A stretch of 64,000 nucleotides of DNA from an uncultured Erysipelotrichaceae bacterium (GTDB lineage Bacteria > Bacillota_I > Bacilli_A > RF39 > UBA660), in the NCBI GenBank assembly GCA_902764145.1, contig CACWUS010000002.1:69493-133492 (forward strand), given 5' to 3'. The notes under the pieces were generated by a model. It saw nothing but the letters and a program-made list of their open reading frames with translations, did not search any database and was not told the origin of the DNA. Numbering within the stretch: position 1 is the first letter of the stretch; every line of letters begins with the position of its first letter. Below, one piece after another: positions 56,207 to 64,000 of this stretch. Made by a program: the position numbers and the translations under genes.

Positions 56207-58370
56207 TGAAAAAATAAATAGAAGGCCAGTAAGGCCACATGGACCAGCTGGAAGAGGAGCTCCAGGAGAAAAACCAAAAAACTTAAAAGAGGCAGTAAAA
56301 AAATTAATATTTTATTTAAAACCTTATAGATTTCTTATATTTTTAGCAATTATACTTGCTGCTTTAAGTAGCGTATTATCAATAATTGGTCCAGATAAAT
56401 TAAGAAATTTAACTGATGAAATTTCAAAAGGACTTGTAATCAATACTGAAAGTTTCGAATTAATAAAAGAAGATATTGATAAAGATATAAAAAATAATAT
56501 TATTATAAACGAGGAAGATTTGAATTCTTTAACTCCTGAAGATAGAGAATTATATGATAAAACAATATCTAATTTAAATAATTTAAGTGATGAAGATAAA
56601 TTTATATCAATAGTTAATTTACCAGCTTCTGTAAAAACATTAATATTTAAAGATAAAGAAATAAATGGAACTATTGTTACTAGTATGGATAAAGTAGAAA
56701 TATTAGATTTCATGTTAGTGGCTAATAGTGAAAATATGTATGATCAAATAAATATGTTGGATGATCATTTAAAAGATTTAATAAAACCTAAAATGGACTT
56801 AAATAAGATTAAAACAATTGCTTTAACATTAGTAATAATGTATGTTCTAAGTGCACTATTTAGTTATACGCAAAACTATTTAATGGTAAGAGTAGCTAAT
56901 TCTTTTTCTAAAACGCAAAGAAGAGACATTACTAGAAAAATAAATAATTTACCACTTAAATATTTTGATACACATAGTTATGGAGATATATTATCAAGAG
57001 TAACAAATGATGTAGAATCAATTAATATGTCACTTCATAATAGTTTAGGTTCTTTAGTTTCAGCAGTTGCATTATTAATAGGTTCACTTATTATGATGTT
57101 TAAAACAAATATAGTACTTGCTTTAATTAGTATAGCTTCTTCTTTAATAGGCTTTGTATTTATTTCAATTATTACCATGAAATCACAAAAATACTTTATA
57201 GCAAGACAAGATGAACTTGGTAAATTAAATGGTCATATAGAAGAGATTTATTCAAATCATAATGTAGTAAAAGCATATAATGGAGTAGAAGAGGCTAATA
57301 AAACATTTGATGAATATAATAGTGGACTTTATAATGCAAACAGGATGAGTCAATTCTTATCTGGTATTATGGGGCCAATGATGGGATTTGTTGGTAATAT
57401 TGGATATGTAGCTGTATGCGTAGTAGGTTCTGTATTGGTATTAAAAGGAACAATAACTTTTGGAGTAATAGTTGCATTTATAATGTATGTAAGATTATTT
57501 AGTAGCCCACTTACTCAAATTGCGGGTGCTATTCAAAATTTACAAACAGCAACAGCAGCTGGAGAAAGAGTATTTGAATTTGTAGAAGAAAAAGAATTAA
57601 AAGATGAATCACATATTACTAAGCATTTAGATCCAACTAAAGTAAAAGGTAACATAGAATTTAATCATGTAAAATTTGGTTATGATAAAGATAAAATAAT
57701 CATAAAAGACTTTAATTGTAAAGTAAAACCTGGACAAAAAATAGCAATAGTAGGGCCAACCGGAGCAGGTAAAACAACTATAGTAAATTTACTTATGAAA
57801 TTCTATGAAATAAATAGTGGTGATATTAAAATAGATGGAGTTTCAACAAAAGAATTAACAAGAGAAAATATTCATAGTTTATTCATTATGGTTCTTCAAG
57901 ATACTTGGCTATTTAATGGAACAATTAGAGATAATATCAAATTTAATAATGGAAGTATAAGTGATGAAGAAATATGGAATGCTCTTAGTGTAGTAGGGGT
58001 AGACCATTTTGTTAAAACTCTTCCAAAAACATTAAACTATAGAATAGAAGATAATGAATCTATTTCTAGTGGACAAAAACAATTATTAACAATAGCTCGT
58101 GGTATGATTGAAAATTCACCATTTCTAATTCTTGATGAAGCAACTAGTAGTGTTGATACAAGAACAGAAGAATTAGTACAAAAAGCTATGGATAAATTAA
58201 CAGAAGGAAGAACATCTTTCATAATTGCACATAGACTTTCAACAATTAAAAATGCAGATTTAATACTTGTAATGAAAGAAGGAAATATAATAGAAACAGG
58301 TACACATGAAGAATTACTTAAAAAGAATGGTTTCTATGCAGAACTTTATAATTCACAATTCCAAAATTAA
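56199..58370 (+). CDS. ABC exporter ATP-binding/permease protein (heterodimer partner 2, with about 150-aa extracytoplasmic insertion after TM1)
   Basis: GPTGAGKTT, SSGQKQLLTIARG, LILDEATSSVD. Overlaps the upstream gene by 8 nt. Confidence 0.85.
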   Translation: MNNEKINRRPVRPHGPAGRGAPGEKPKNLKEAVKKLIFYLKPYRFLIFLAIILAALSSVLSIIGPDKLRNLTDEISKGLVINTESFELIKEDIDKDIKNNIIINEEDLNSLTPEDRELYDKTISNLNNLSDEDKFISIVNLPASVKTLIFKDKEINGTIVTSMDKVEILDFMLVANSENMYDQINMLDDHLKDLIKPKMDLNKIKTIALTLVIMYVLSALFSYTQNYLMVRVANSFSKTQRRDITRKINNLPLKYFDTHSYGDILSRVTNDVESINMSLHNSLGSLVSAVALLIGSLIMMFKTNIVLALISIASSLIGFVFISIITMKSQKYFIARQDELGKLNGHIEEIYSNHNVVKAYNGVEEANKTFDEYNSGLYNANRMSQFLSGIMGPMMGFVGNIGYVAVCVVGSVLVLKGTITFGVIVAFIMYVRLFSSPLTQIAGAIQNLQTATAAGERVFEFVEEKELKDESHITKHLDPTKVKGNIEFNHVKFGYDKDKIIIKDFNCKVKPGQKIAIVGPTGAGKTTIVNLLMKFYEINSGDIKIDGVSTKELTRENIHSLFIMVLQDTWLFNGTIRDNIKFNNGSISDEEIWNALSVVGVDHFVKTLPKTLNYRIEDNESISSGQKQLLTIARGMIENSPFLILDEATSSVDTRTEELVQKAMDKLTEGRTSFIIAHRLSTIKNADLILVMKEGNIIETGTHEELLKKNGFYAELYNSQFQN

Positions 58371-58401
58371 AAAAGAGTTAATATTTAAAATTAACTCTTT
58401 T
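58371..58401. terminator. Bidirectional terminator
   Basis: AAAAGAGTTAAT...ATTAACTCTTTT hairpin between convergent genes. Confidence 0.65.
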
Positions 58402-58993
58402 ACTTTAATACTCTAATTAGTCTTTGCTCTAAATAAGGCCTTGCAAATTGTTCTTCTAAAAGCAATATACTTTCTTTATATCTATTATATGCAAATTCAT
58501 AATCACCATTTTCAATAGCTAGAACACAAGCGTCTACTACATTATCATAAATATAATTATATATTAATTCACTATTTTCATCTTTGTCTATTGCTTCAAC
58601 AATATAAGGAGCAGTTTCATAATAATGTTCAATATCTTCTTTACTTACAAAATTATCTCTAAACCATCTTAGAACTGTAAGTTCATAACATTTGTCATCA
58701 AATTTATCTTGAAAAAATTTCATACATGCAGACGTTAAATAACAACCACCATTATTTTGTACTTCACCAATAGAAGGATTTTTAGAATCATTACTTTCTT
58801 GTCTGCTAAAGTCAGGTTCTTTTCCAGAATTGTAATCATCTTTATTATTCCAATGTTCATGACTGTGACCACCATCACCATTGTCATGATATCTATTTAC
58901 ACTTCCATTTTTTTCATAACTTGTATATATTAAACGATCATCTTCACCATAGCTAGCATATCCCCATTCTCTATTTTTTCCACCATTACTCAT
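58400..58993 (-). CDS. Hypothetical protein with Gly/His/Asp-rich N-terminus and Cys-containing C-terminal domain
   Basis: MSNGGKNREWGY...DNGDGGHSHEHWNNKDDY...GGCYLTSACMKFFQDKFDDKCYEL. Start chosen at the ATG 2 nt after the upstream gene's stop. Confidence 0.4.
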   Translation of the reverse strand: MSNGGKNREWGYASYGEDDRLIYTSYEKNGSVNRYHDNGDGGHSHEHWNNKDDYNSGKEPDFSRQESNDSKNPSIGEVQNNGGCYLTSACMKFFQDKFDDKCYELTVLRWFRDNFVSKEDIEHYYETAPYIVEAIDKDENSELIYNYIYDNVVDACVLAIENGDYEFAYNRYKESILLLEEQFARPYLEQRLIRVLK

Positions 58994-59333
58994 TTTTATT
59001 ATTTCCTTTCCAAATATAGAAGAAACTACCATCATCATTAAATTCAAACTTATCTCTTCCAACAATATCAATTAGTTCTTCAAACTTTTTAATAATTTCA
59101 TTAGTTTTTTCAATTTTAAATTGATATTCTAAACTATCTTTATTTTGTCTTAAATCATCAATTTCTTTGTATAAATCAAGTAGTAATTTTGGCTCTTTAC
59201 CAGTATCATCCATATAGTTTTCAAACTCTAAACTATAATCAAGTATTAATGACATATTATCATCAAATTCATTATTATTAATAATAATCACTCCTTTCAA
59301 GAACATTATATTAATAAAAAAAATAATTATCAA
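58986..59333 (-). CDS. Hypothetical acidic protein (start uncertain)
   Basis: The track ORF contains an AAAGGAG RBS inside its 5' part. First in-frame ATG is MSLILDYSLEF at about 59255. Confidence 0.35.
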   Translation of the reverse strand: MIIIFFINIMFLKGVIIINNNEFDDNMSLILDYSLEFENYMDDTGKEPKLLLDLYKEIDDLRQNKDSLEYQFKIEKTNEIIKKFEELIDIVGRDKFEFNDDGSFFYIWKGNNKNE

Positions 59334-59401
59334 TAAAATACCTTTGATATAAAAAATTGATATAACGAAAAAAATACATTTTATGTTAAATTATTATTGA
59401 G

Positions 59402-59755
59402 GTGTATAATATGGATAAAGTTAATGCAAAAGATTATTTAAATAAAGAAGTTGAAGTTATTATAGATAGACCATTAGGATCACGTCATCCTAAGCATAAT
59501 TTTATGTATATGGTTAATTATGGATATATACCAAATACTATAAGTGGAGATAATGAAGAATTAGATGCATACATTCTAGGCGTATTTGAACCAATAGAGA
59601 AATTTAATGGTAAAGTAATAGCATATATACATAGAACAAATGATGATGATGACAAATTAATAGTAGTACCAAAAGATAAAAATTATACTAATGAACAAAT
59701 AGAAGCATTAACAGAATTTCAAGAAAGATTCTTTAAATCAACAATTATTAGATAG
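59402..59755 (+). CDS. Family I inorganic pyrophosphatase-like short protein
   Basis: NYGYIPNTISGDNEELDAYILG...KLIVVPKD...FQERFF parallels NYGYI..T...DGDPVDVLV...KLVAVP..HFFEHY of PPase, recalled from memory. Only 117 aa. Followed by a strong terminator at 59787..59822. Confidence 0.4.
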   Translation: MYNMDKVNAKDYLNKEVEVIIDRPLGSRHPKHNFMYMVNYGYIPNTISGDNEELDAYILGVFEPIEKFNGKVIAYIHRTNDDDDKLIVVPKDKNYTNEQIEALTEFQERFFKSTIIR

Positions 59756-59923
59756 TATATGTATCAATAATGTATCATAAATTGTAAACTACGTATCACA
59801 TTTGATACGTAGTTATTGTTTTATATAAATCAATTTGATAAATTGGATAAGTAATACAAAAAATATAAAATTGATTTTTTATACAAGATGTGTTATAATA
59901 TACGACCAATAAAGGGGAGAGTT

Positions 59924-61696
59924 ATGAAAAAAGAAGATTTAATTAGTTTGAGAAAACAAATTTCAGAATTATCTGATGAAAAAAATCAAAGATTGTATAG
60001 TGTAAATCCTAATCAAACTAAATACAATTACATGTTAGAGAATAATGCTAATCATATGAATTCTATTGCATTAACTTTTGAAAACAAAAAAATAACTTAT
60101 GAAGAATTACATGAAAGAATTAATCAATATGCTAAAGCATTATACAAAAAAGGTGTAAGAAAGGGAGATTTAATTGGAGTTTGTACTTTGAATACTCCCG
60201 AATCAGTTTATTTACTTTATGCGTTAAATTTATTAGGTGCAGTTGTTGTTGGATATAGTCCATTTGATAATAAAGAACGTATAAAAAAAGACGTTGAATT
60301 AACAAAACCAAAAATGATTATAACCACGGATTATTCTTATGGTAATTTTAAAGATTTAGAAAAATCTTTTAATATATCTACACTTATGTATTCACCATTA
60401 GAGTCAAGTGATAATAAATTATTAAAAGCACTTTATGGTTTATCACAATTTAAATCTGGAAATTTTATACTAGATAAGAATAAAAAGTTAATGGAATTAT
60501 TAAAACAGTCAATTCCAACTATTGATTTTTCAACAATTCCATATGTTGACGGAGAATTAAGTGATATATTATTTACTGGTGGTTCTTCTGGTATACATAA
60601 AGGCGTAGAACTAAATGATTTTGGTTTGAATTGTTCAGTAGCAGGAATTAAAAGTTTTTATGATGAAGGATATTGTGATGGTTTAATATATTTAGGACAA
60701 ATTCCTTTTGGACATATGGCTTTTGGTAGATCAATATTACATTTTGCATTAGCGAACAATATGACATATGCATTGACTTTAAAGGCTATGCCTAAAGATT
60801 TTTATGATGAATTAGTAAGAACTAGAGCTAATGGTGCTTCAGGTGGTCCTCCTCATTGGACTTCATTGATTGAAATGAAAAATGGTATCTATGTTCCTAG
60901 AGGTGATTTAAAACAGAACTCATTAACTAATTTAGAAGTTACATTTTCAGGTGGTGAGGCTAAAAAGGAAGCTACTGAATCAGCTATTAATGAGGCACTT
61001 TCTTTTTGCGGTAGTAAAGCTAAGCTTGGAGATGGATTGGGTGCGACTGAAACTTGGGGATCAAATATTTTAAATTCTGGAAATTATTTTATGGACGGAA
61101 TGCTAGGTTATCCAATTCCAAATTTAAAAGTTAAATTAATTGATCCTGAAACTGGAAAAGAAGTAACTAAAGGTAGCAAAGGAATTGTATACTTTTCAGG
61201 ACCATCAATTATGTTAGGATATTATAATAATGAAGAAGAAACAAATAAGGTAATCTCTTATGATGAAAATGGTGATAGATGGTTGAATCTAGGAGACTAT
61301 TTATTAGAAAAAGATGGATTTTATAAATATGTTGGTAGACAAAAAAGAAATTTTGTTTGTGGAGTTGACAACATTTATCCAGAACAAATTGAAGAGTTAC
61401 TTATACAAATGCCAGAAATAAGAGAAGCTGTAGTTACACCAATATCAGATGATATACTACAATATATTCCAAGTTATCATATTTCCTTATATTCAGACGA
61501 TATAGATTTTGAAGAATTTGAGAATAGAATGAGAAAGATTATTTCTAAAGGTGTTTGCGAAAGTGCAATCCCACAAAAAATAGAATATACATTAGAACCA
61601 TTAGTAAGAATGACAAATTCAAAAATTGATATAGAATATTATAAAAATAAAGATTTAGAAGAAACACAAACTAAAAAATTATTATTGAACAAATAA
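59924..61696 (+). CDS. AMP-dependent synthetase/ligase (acyl-CoA synthetase, ANL superfamily)
   Basis: AMP-binding motif ILFTGGSSGIHKGVEL. GDGLGATET, GDYL...DGFYKYVGRQKR. Confidence 0.7.
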   Translation: MKKEDLISLRKQISELSDEKNQRLYSVNPNQTKYNYMLENNANHMNSIALTFENKKITYEELHERINQYAKALYKKGVRKGDLIGVCTLNTPESVYLLYALNLLGAVVVGYSPFDNKERIKKDVELTKPKMIITTDYSYGNFKDLEKSFNISTLMYSPLESSDNKLLKALYGLSQFKSGNFILDKNKKLMELLKQSIPTIDFSTIPYVDGELSDILFTGGSSGIHKGVELNDFGLNCSVAGIKSFYDEGYCDGLIYLGQIPFGHMAFGRSILHFALANNMTYALTLKAMPKDFYDELVRTRANGASGGPPHWTSLIEMKNGIYVPRGDLKQNSLTNLEVTFSGGEAKKEATESAINEALSFCGSKAKLGDGLGATETWGSNILNSGNYFMDGMLGYPIPNLKVKLIDPETGKEVTKGSKGIVYFSGPSIMLGYYNNEEETNKVISYDENGDRWLNLGDYLLEKDGFYKYVGRQKRNFVCGVDNIYPEQIEELLIQMPEIREAVVTPISDDILQYIPSYHISLYSDDIDFEEFENRMRKIISKGVCESAIPQKIEYTLEPLVRMTNSKIDIEYYKNKDLEETQTKKLLLNK

Positions 61697-61773
61697 GGTT
61701 ATATATATGAATATATAATCTTTTTAAATTCAAATTGATACAATGCACATTTTTATGTTATAATAATATTAAT

Positions 61774-63678
61774 ATGATAGATTGGAGTGTGATAATTTTG
61801 GGAATTGGTTTTTATTTATCTATTTCAATGATTCCTATTTTATTACTATTAACAATTATATTTTTTGTTAAAAAAAGAGTTAATAATGAGGAAACAAAAA
61901 TTTATAGTCATATTTTGATATCTTCAATAATAATGTCTATTTTCGAAGTCACATCAGCAATAATGTATAAAGAGTACTTTGGATTGTTGATTTATGATAT
62001 AGTTGCAAAATTAGTTTTAGTGTGTTATGTCGTAGTAAACTATTTGTTTTGTAATTATTTAATGACTATATGTAATAGGCCTAAGCCAACTTTTATATTG
62101 TTAAAAGTGATTACGATTGTTACATTATTACTCATGGCTTTTACTAAAACTATATATGTTGAGAATAATGGAGTAGTGGCACCTCAGGGAGGACCGATTG
62201 TTGCGACATTTGCTTATGCTATTTGTTTGGGACTATATCAATTAGTATTAGCTTTGTCAAATAGAAAAACAATTAATGCCAAAAAGTTCACACCATTTTA
62301 TTTATTCTTAGTATTTGGCGCTATTAATGCTATAATTGTTATTTTATATCCAACTTCTTTTGTCGTTGGATATATATGGTGTTTAACTATAATTACTATG
62401 AACTTCACAATTGAAAACCCAGATGCTAAACTTGTTGAGTATGAGAAGACTGAGAAGGAGAGAGCTGAAGCTGCTAGTATTGCTAAGAGTGAATTTTTAA
62501 GTAGTATGTCTCATGAGCTTAGAACTCCTTTGAATGCTATTGTTGGTTTAAGTGAAGATATTGAATCATTTAATGATAAAGTACCAAAAGAAGTTAAAGA
62601 AGATACTGTTGATATTGTTAATGCATCAAATACTTTACTTGAAATAATTGGTAGTATCTTAGATATAAGTAAGATTGAAAGTGGAAAGCTTGATATAGTT
62701 GAAAGTGATTATGCACCTAAAGATGAATTTGAAAGTATTGCTAAAATACTTAGAACTAAAGCAAGTGAAAAGAATTTAGAATTTAATGTATCTATTAGTG
62801 AAAGAATACCTGATGTATTATTTGGTGATAGACTTAGAATTAAACAAATTATTAACAATTTACTTTCTAATGCTATTAAATATACTGATCATGGTAGAGT
62901 AAACTTCTTTGTTAATTGGTTGGATGCTTCTAGTGCACTATCCATTACAGTAGCTGATACTGGTAGAGGTGTAAAACCTGAAGATATTGATAAATTGTTT
63001 AGCAAATATGATAGACTTGGTGTTGAGAAAACAAGTAATGTTCAAGGAACCGGTTTAGGTCTTGCTATTACTAAGACACTTATTGATTTAATGGGTGGAC
63101 ATGTAGAAGTTAAAAGTGAATATTTAATTGGAACAACATTTAGTGTAACAATACCTCAAAAACTTGGAGATGCTGAGAGACTTGAATCTATTAAGATGGC
63201 TCAAATGTATGTTCCTAAGGATTTAGACTTTAGTGGTAAAAAATTACTTGTTGTTGATGATAATTTATTAAATATTAAAGTGTTTAAGAAAGCTATTAAG
63301 GATTTAAATTTTGAAGTAGATGAATGTTATAATGGACAAGAAGCGCTTGATAAAATAGAACTAAATAATGATTATGATATTATATTTATGGATATTAAAA
63401 TGCCTGTTATGGATGGAGAAGAAGCAATTGGACATTTAATTAATATGCCAAACTTTAAAACTCCTGTAGTAGCACTAACAGCAGATGCAATGACAGGATC
63501 AAATAATAAGTATATTAATATGGGATTTAGTGATTATATGTCTAAACCATTCTCAAGAAAAGTTATAGCTGTAAAACTAGACACTATATTAAATAAAGGA
63601 GAAGTTGCTAATAAAAATTTAAATACTGAAGAAGAGAAGAAAGAAGAAACACAATCAGAAGAAGTTAAAGAATCATAA
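61774..63678 (+). CDS. Hybrid sensor histidine kinase/response regulator with polytopic N-terminal sensor domain
   Basis: 6-7 TM. HisKA FLSSMSHELRTPLNAIVG. HATPase_c (NLLSNAIKYT, GTGLGLAI). C-terminal REC (LLVVDDN...DIIFMDIKMPVMDG...K). Confidence 0.8.
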   Translation: MIDWSVIILGIGFYLSISMIPILLLLTIIFFVKKRVNNEETKIYSHILISSIIMSIFEVTSAIMYKEYFGLLIYDIVAKLVLVCYVVVNYLFCNYLMTICNRPKPTFILLKVITIVTLLLMAFTKTIYVENNGVVAPQGGPIVATFAYAICLGLYQLVLALSNRKTINAKKFTPFYLFLVFGAINAIIVILYPTSFVVGYIWCLTIITMNFTIENPDAKLVEYEKTEKERAEAASIAKSEFLSSMSHELRTPLNAIVGLSEDIESFNDKVPKEVKEDTVDIVNASNTLLEIIGSILDISKIESGKLDIVESDYAPKDEFESIAKILRTKASEKNLEFNVSISERIPDVLFGDRLRIKQIINNLLSNAIKYTDHGRVNFFVNWLDASSALSITVADTGRGVKPEDIDKLFSKYDRLGVEKTSNVQGTGLGLAITKTLIDLMGGHVEVKSEYLIGTTFSVTIPQKLGDAERLESIKMAQMYVPKDLDFSGKKLLVVDDNLLNIKVFKKAIKDLNFEVDECYNGQEALDKIELNNDYDIIFMDIKMPVMDGEEAIGHLINMPNFKTPVVALTADAMTGSNNKYINMGFSDYMSKPFSRKVIAVKLDTILNKGEVANKNLNTEEEKKEETQSEEVKES

Positions 63679-63708
63679 AATACGAATTAAAAATTCGTAT
63701 TTTTTTTA
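63679..63708 (+). terminator. Rho-independent terminator
   Basis: AATACGAATTAAAAATTCGTATT hairpin plus T8. Confidence 0.7.
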
Positions 63709-63775
63709 TAAAAAAGAAGTGTTTTATATAAATTATAACGAATTATATTTATAGAGAGGGTTAAACACTTCTTTT
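63709..63775 (+). promoter_or_regulatory. Repeat R3: AAAAAAGAAGTGTTTTA core with inverted partner TAAACACTTCTTTT 37 nt downstream
   Basis: Same 16-nt core as R1/R2, here forming a long-range inverted repeat just upstream of the GGAGG RBS. Confidence 0.6.
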
Positions 63776-63789
63776 ATTATGGAGGAAAC

Positions 63790-64000
63790 ATGAATTATTA
63801 CGAAGAAATTAAAAATGAACTTATAAATAATGAAGTATATAAGAAAGTAAAAGATTATTCGAAAAATAAAAATGATCTATAATGTTGGTAAATTATTATT
63901 TAAAGCTGGTAAGCATTATGGAAATGGAATAATAAAATAATAAATTAGTTGAAGAATTTAGTAATGCTAAATACGGATATAGAAATCTATTTAATATGAG
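63790..64000 (+). pseudogene. DUF1016/YhcG-like (PDDEXK nuclease family) gene, 5' part, with at least two frameshifts; continues beyond the window
   Basis: MNYYEEIKNELINNEVYKKVKDYSKNKNDL stop. Then YNVGKLLFKAGKHYGNGIIK in the +1 frame. Then KLVEEFSNAKYGYRNLFNM in another frame. Concatenated they read like one N-terminal domain. Confidence 0.4.

Noticed and set aside
1-64000. CRISPR arrays, IS elements, rRNA genes
   Set aside because: No spaced direct-repeat arrays, no transposase-like ORFs and no rRNA-like conserved segments were seen anywhere in the window.

Overview
This is a 64-kb window of a very AT-rich, standard-code, low-GC Firmicute chromosome (Clostridia/Erysipelotrichia-like). Almost every gene is on the + strand.

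Core housekeeping genes recognised from the translations:
- parE (3' fragment) and parC.
- tRNA-His(GTG).
- ligA.
- An archaeal/eukaryote-type hisS preceded by a promoter, a 25-codon Asn/His-rich leader ORF and a terminator (attenuator-like).
- A T-box leader in front of an ASCH-asnS-aspS-gatCAB operon.
- A second, paralogous T-box with a GCU specifier in front of a short (581 aa) alaS that lacks the C-Ala domain.
- rlmN-stp-prkC-rsgA-[unknown HExxH protein]-rpe.

Accessory content between tRNA-His and ligA includes:
- XRE, TetR and GntR (YtrA-like) regulators.
- A YhhQ-type transporter.
- A TetR-controlled MMPL transporter plus a YhgE/Pip-like secreted protein.
- A YtrA-like ABC module.
- Thioredoxin-like extracytoplasmic proteins.
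- An M19 dipeptidase, a Nudix hydrolase and a DUF5131-like protein.
- An Ig-like/polysaccharide-deacetylase protein.
- Most notably, a retron-type reverse transcriptase (VTG motif) directly downstream of a promoter-driven, hairpin-rich 196-nt non-coding region that is a candidate msr-msd. No canonical effector is adjacent.

Further downstream:
- A 964-aa type IV prepilin-like protein carrying about 25 BspA-type LRR repeats.
- A Pro/Thr-rich tandem-repeat membrane protein.
- A dinD-like pseudogene.
- A class IIb (two-peptide, GxxxG, double-glycine leader) bacteriocin locus. Its two precursor genes are unannotated in the ORF track and one overlaps the 3' end of the C39-peptidase ABC exporter. 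Two heterodimeric ABC transporter genes follow.
- A thrice-repeated AAAAAGAAGTGTTTTA-containing 5' UTR module.
- An acyl-CoA synthetase.
- A hybrid sensor kinase.
- A frameshifted DUF1016-like pseudogene at the window end.

No CRISPR array, transposase or integrase was seen. Coordinates of non-CDS features were counted by hand from the printed sequence and may be off by a few nucleotides.
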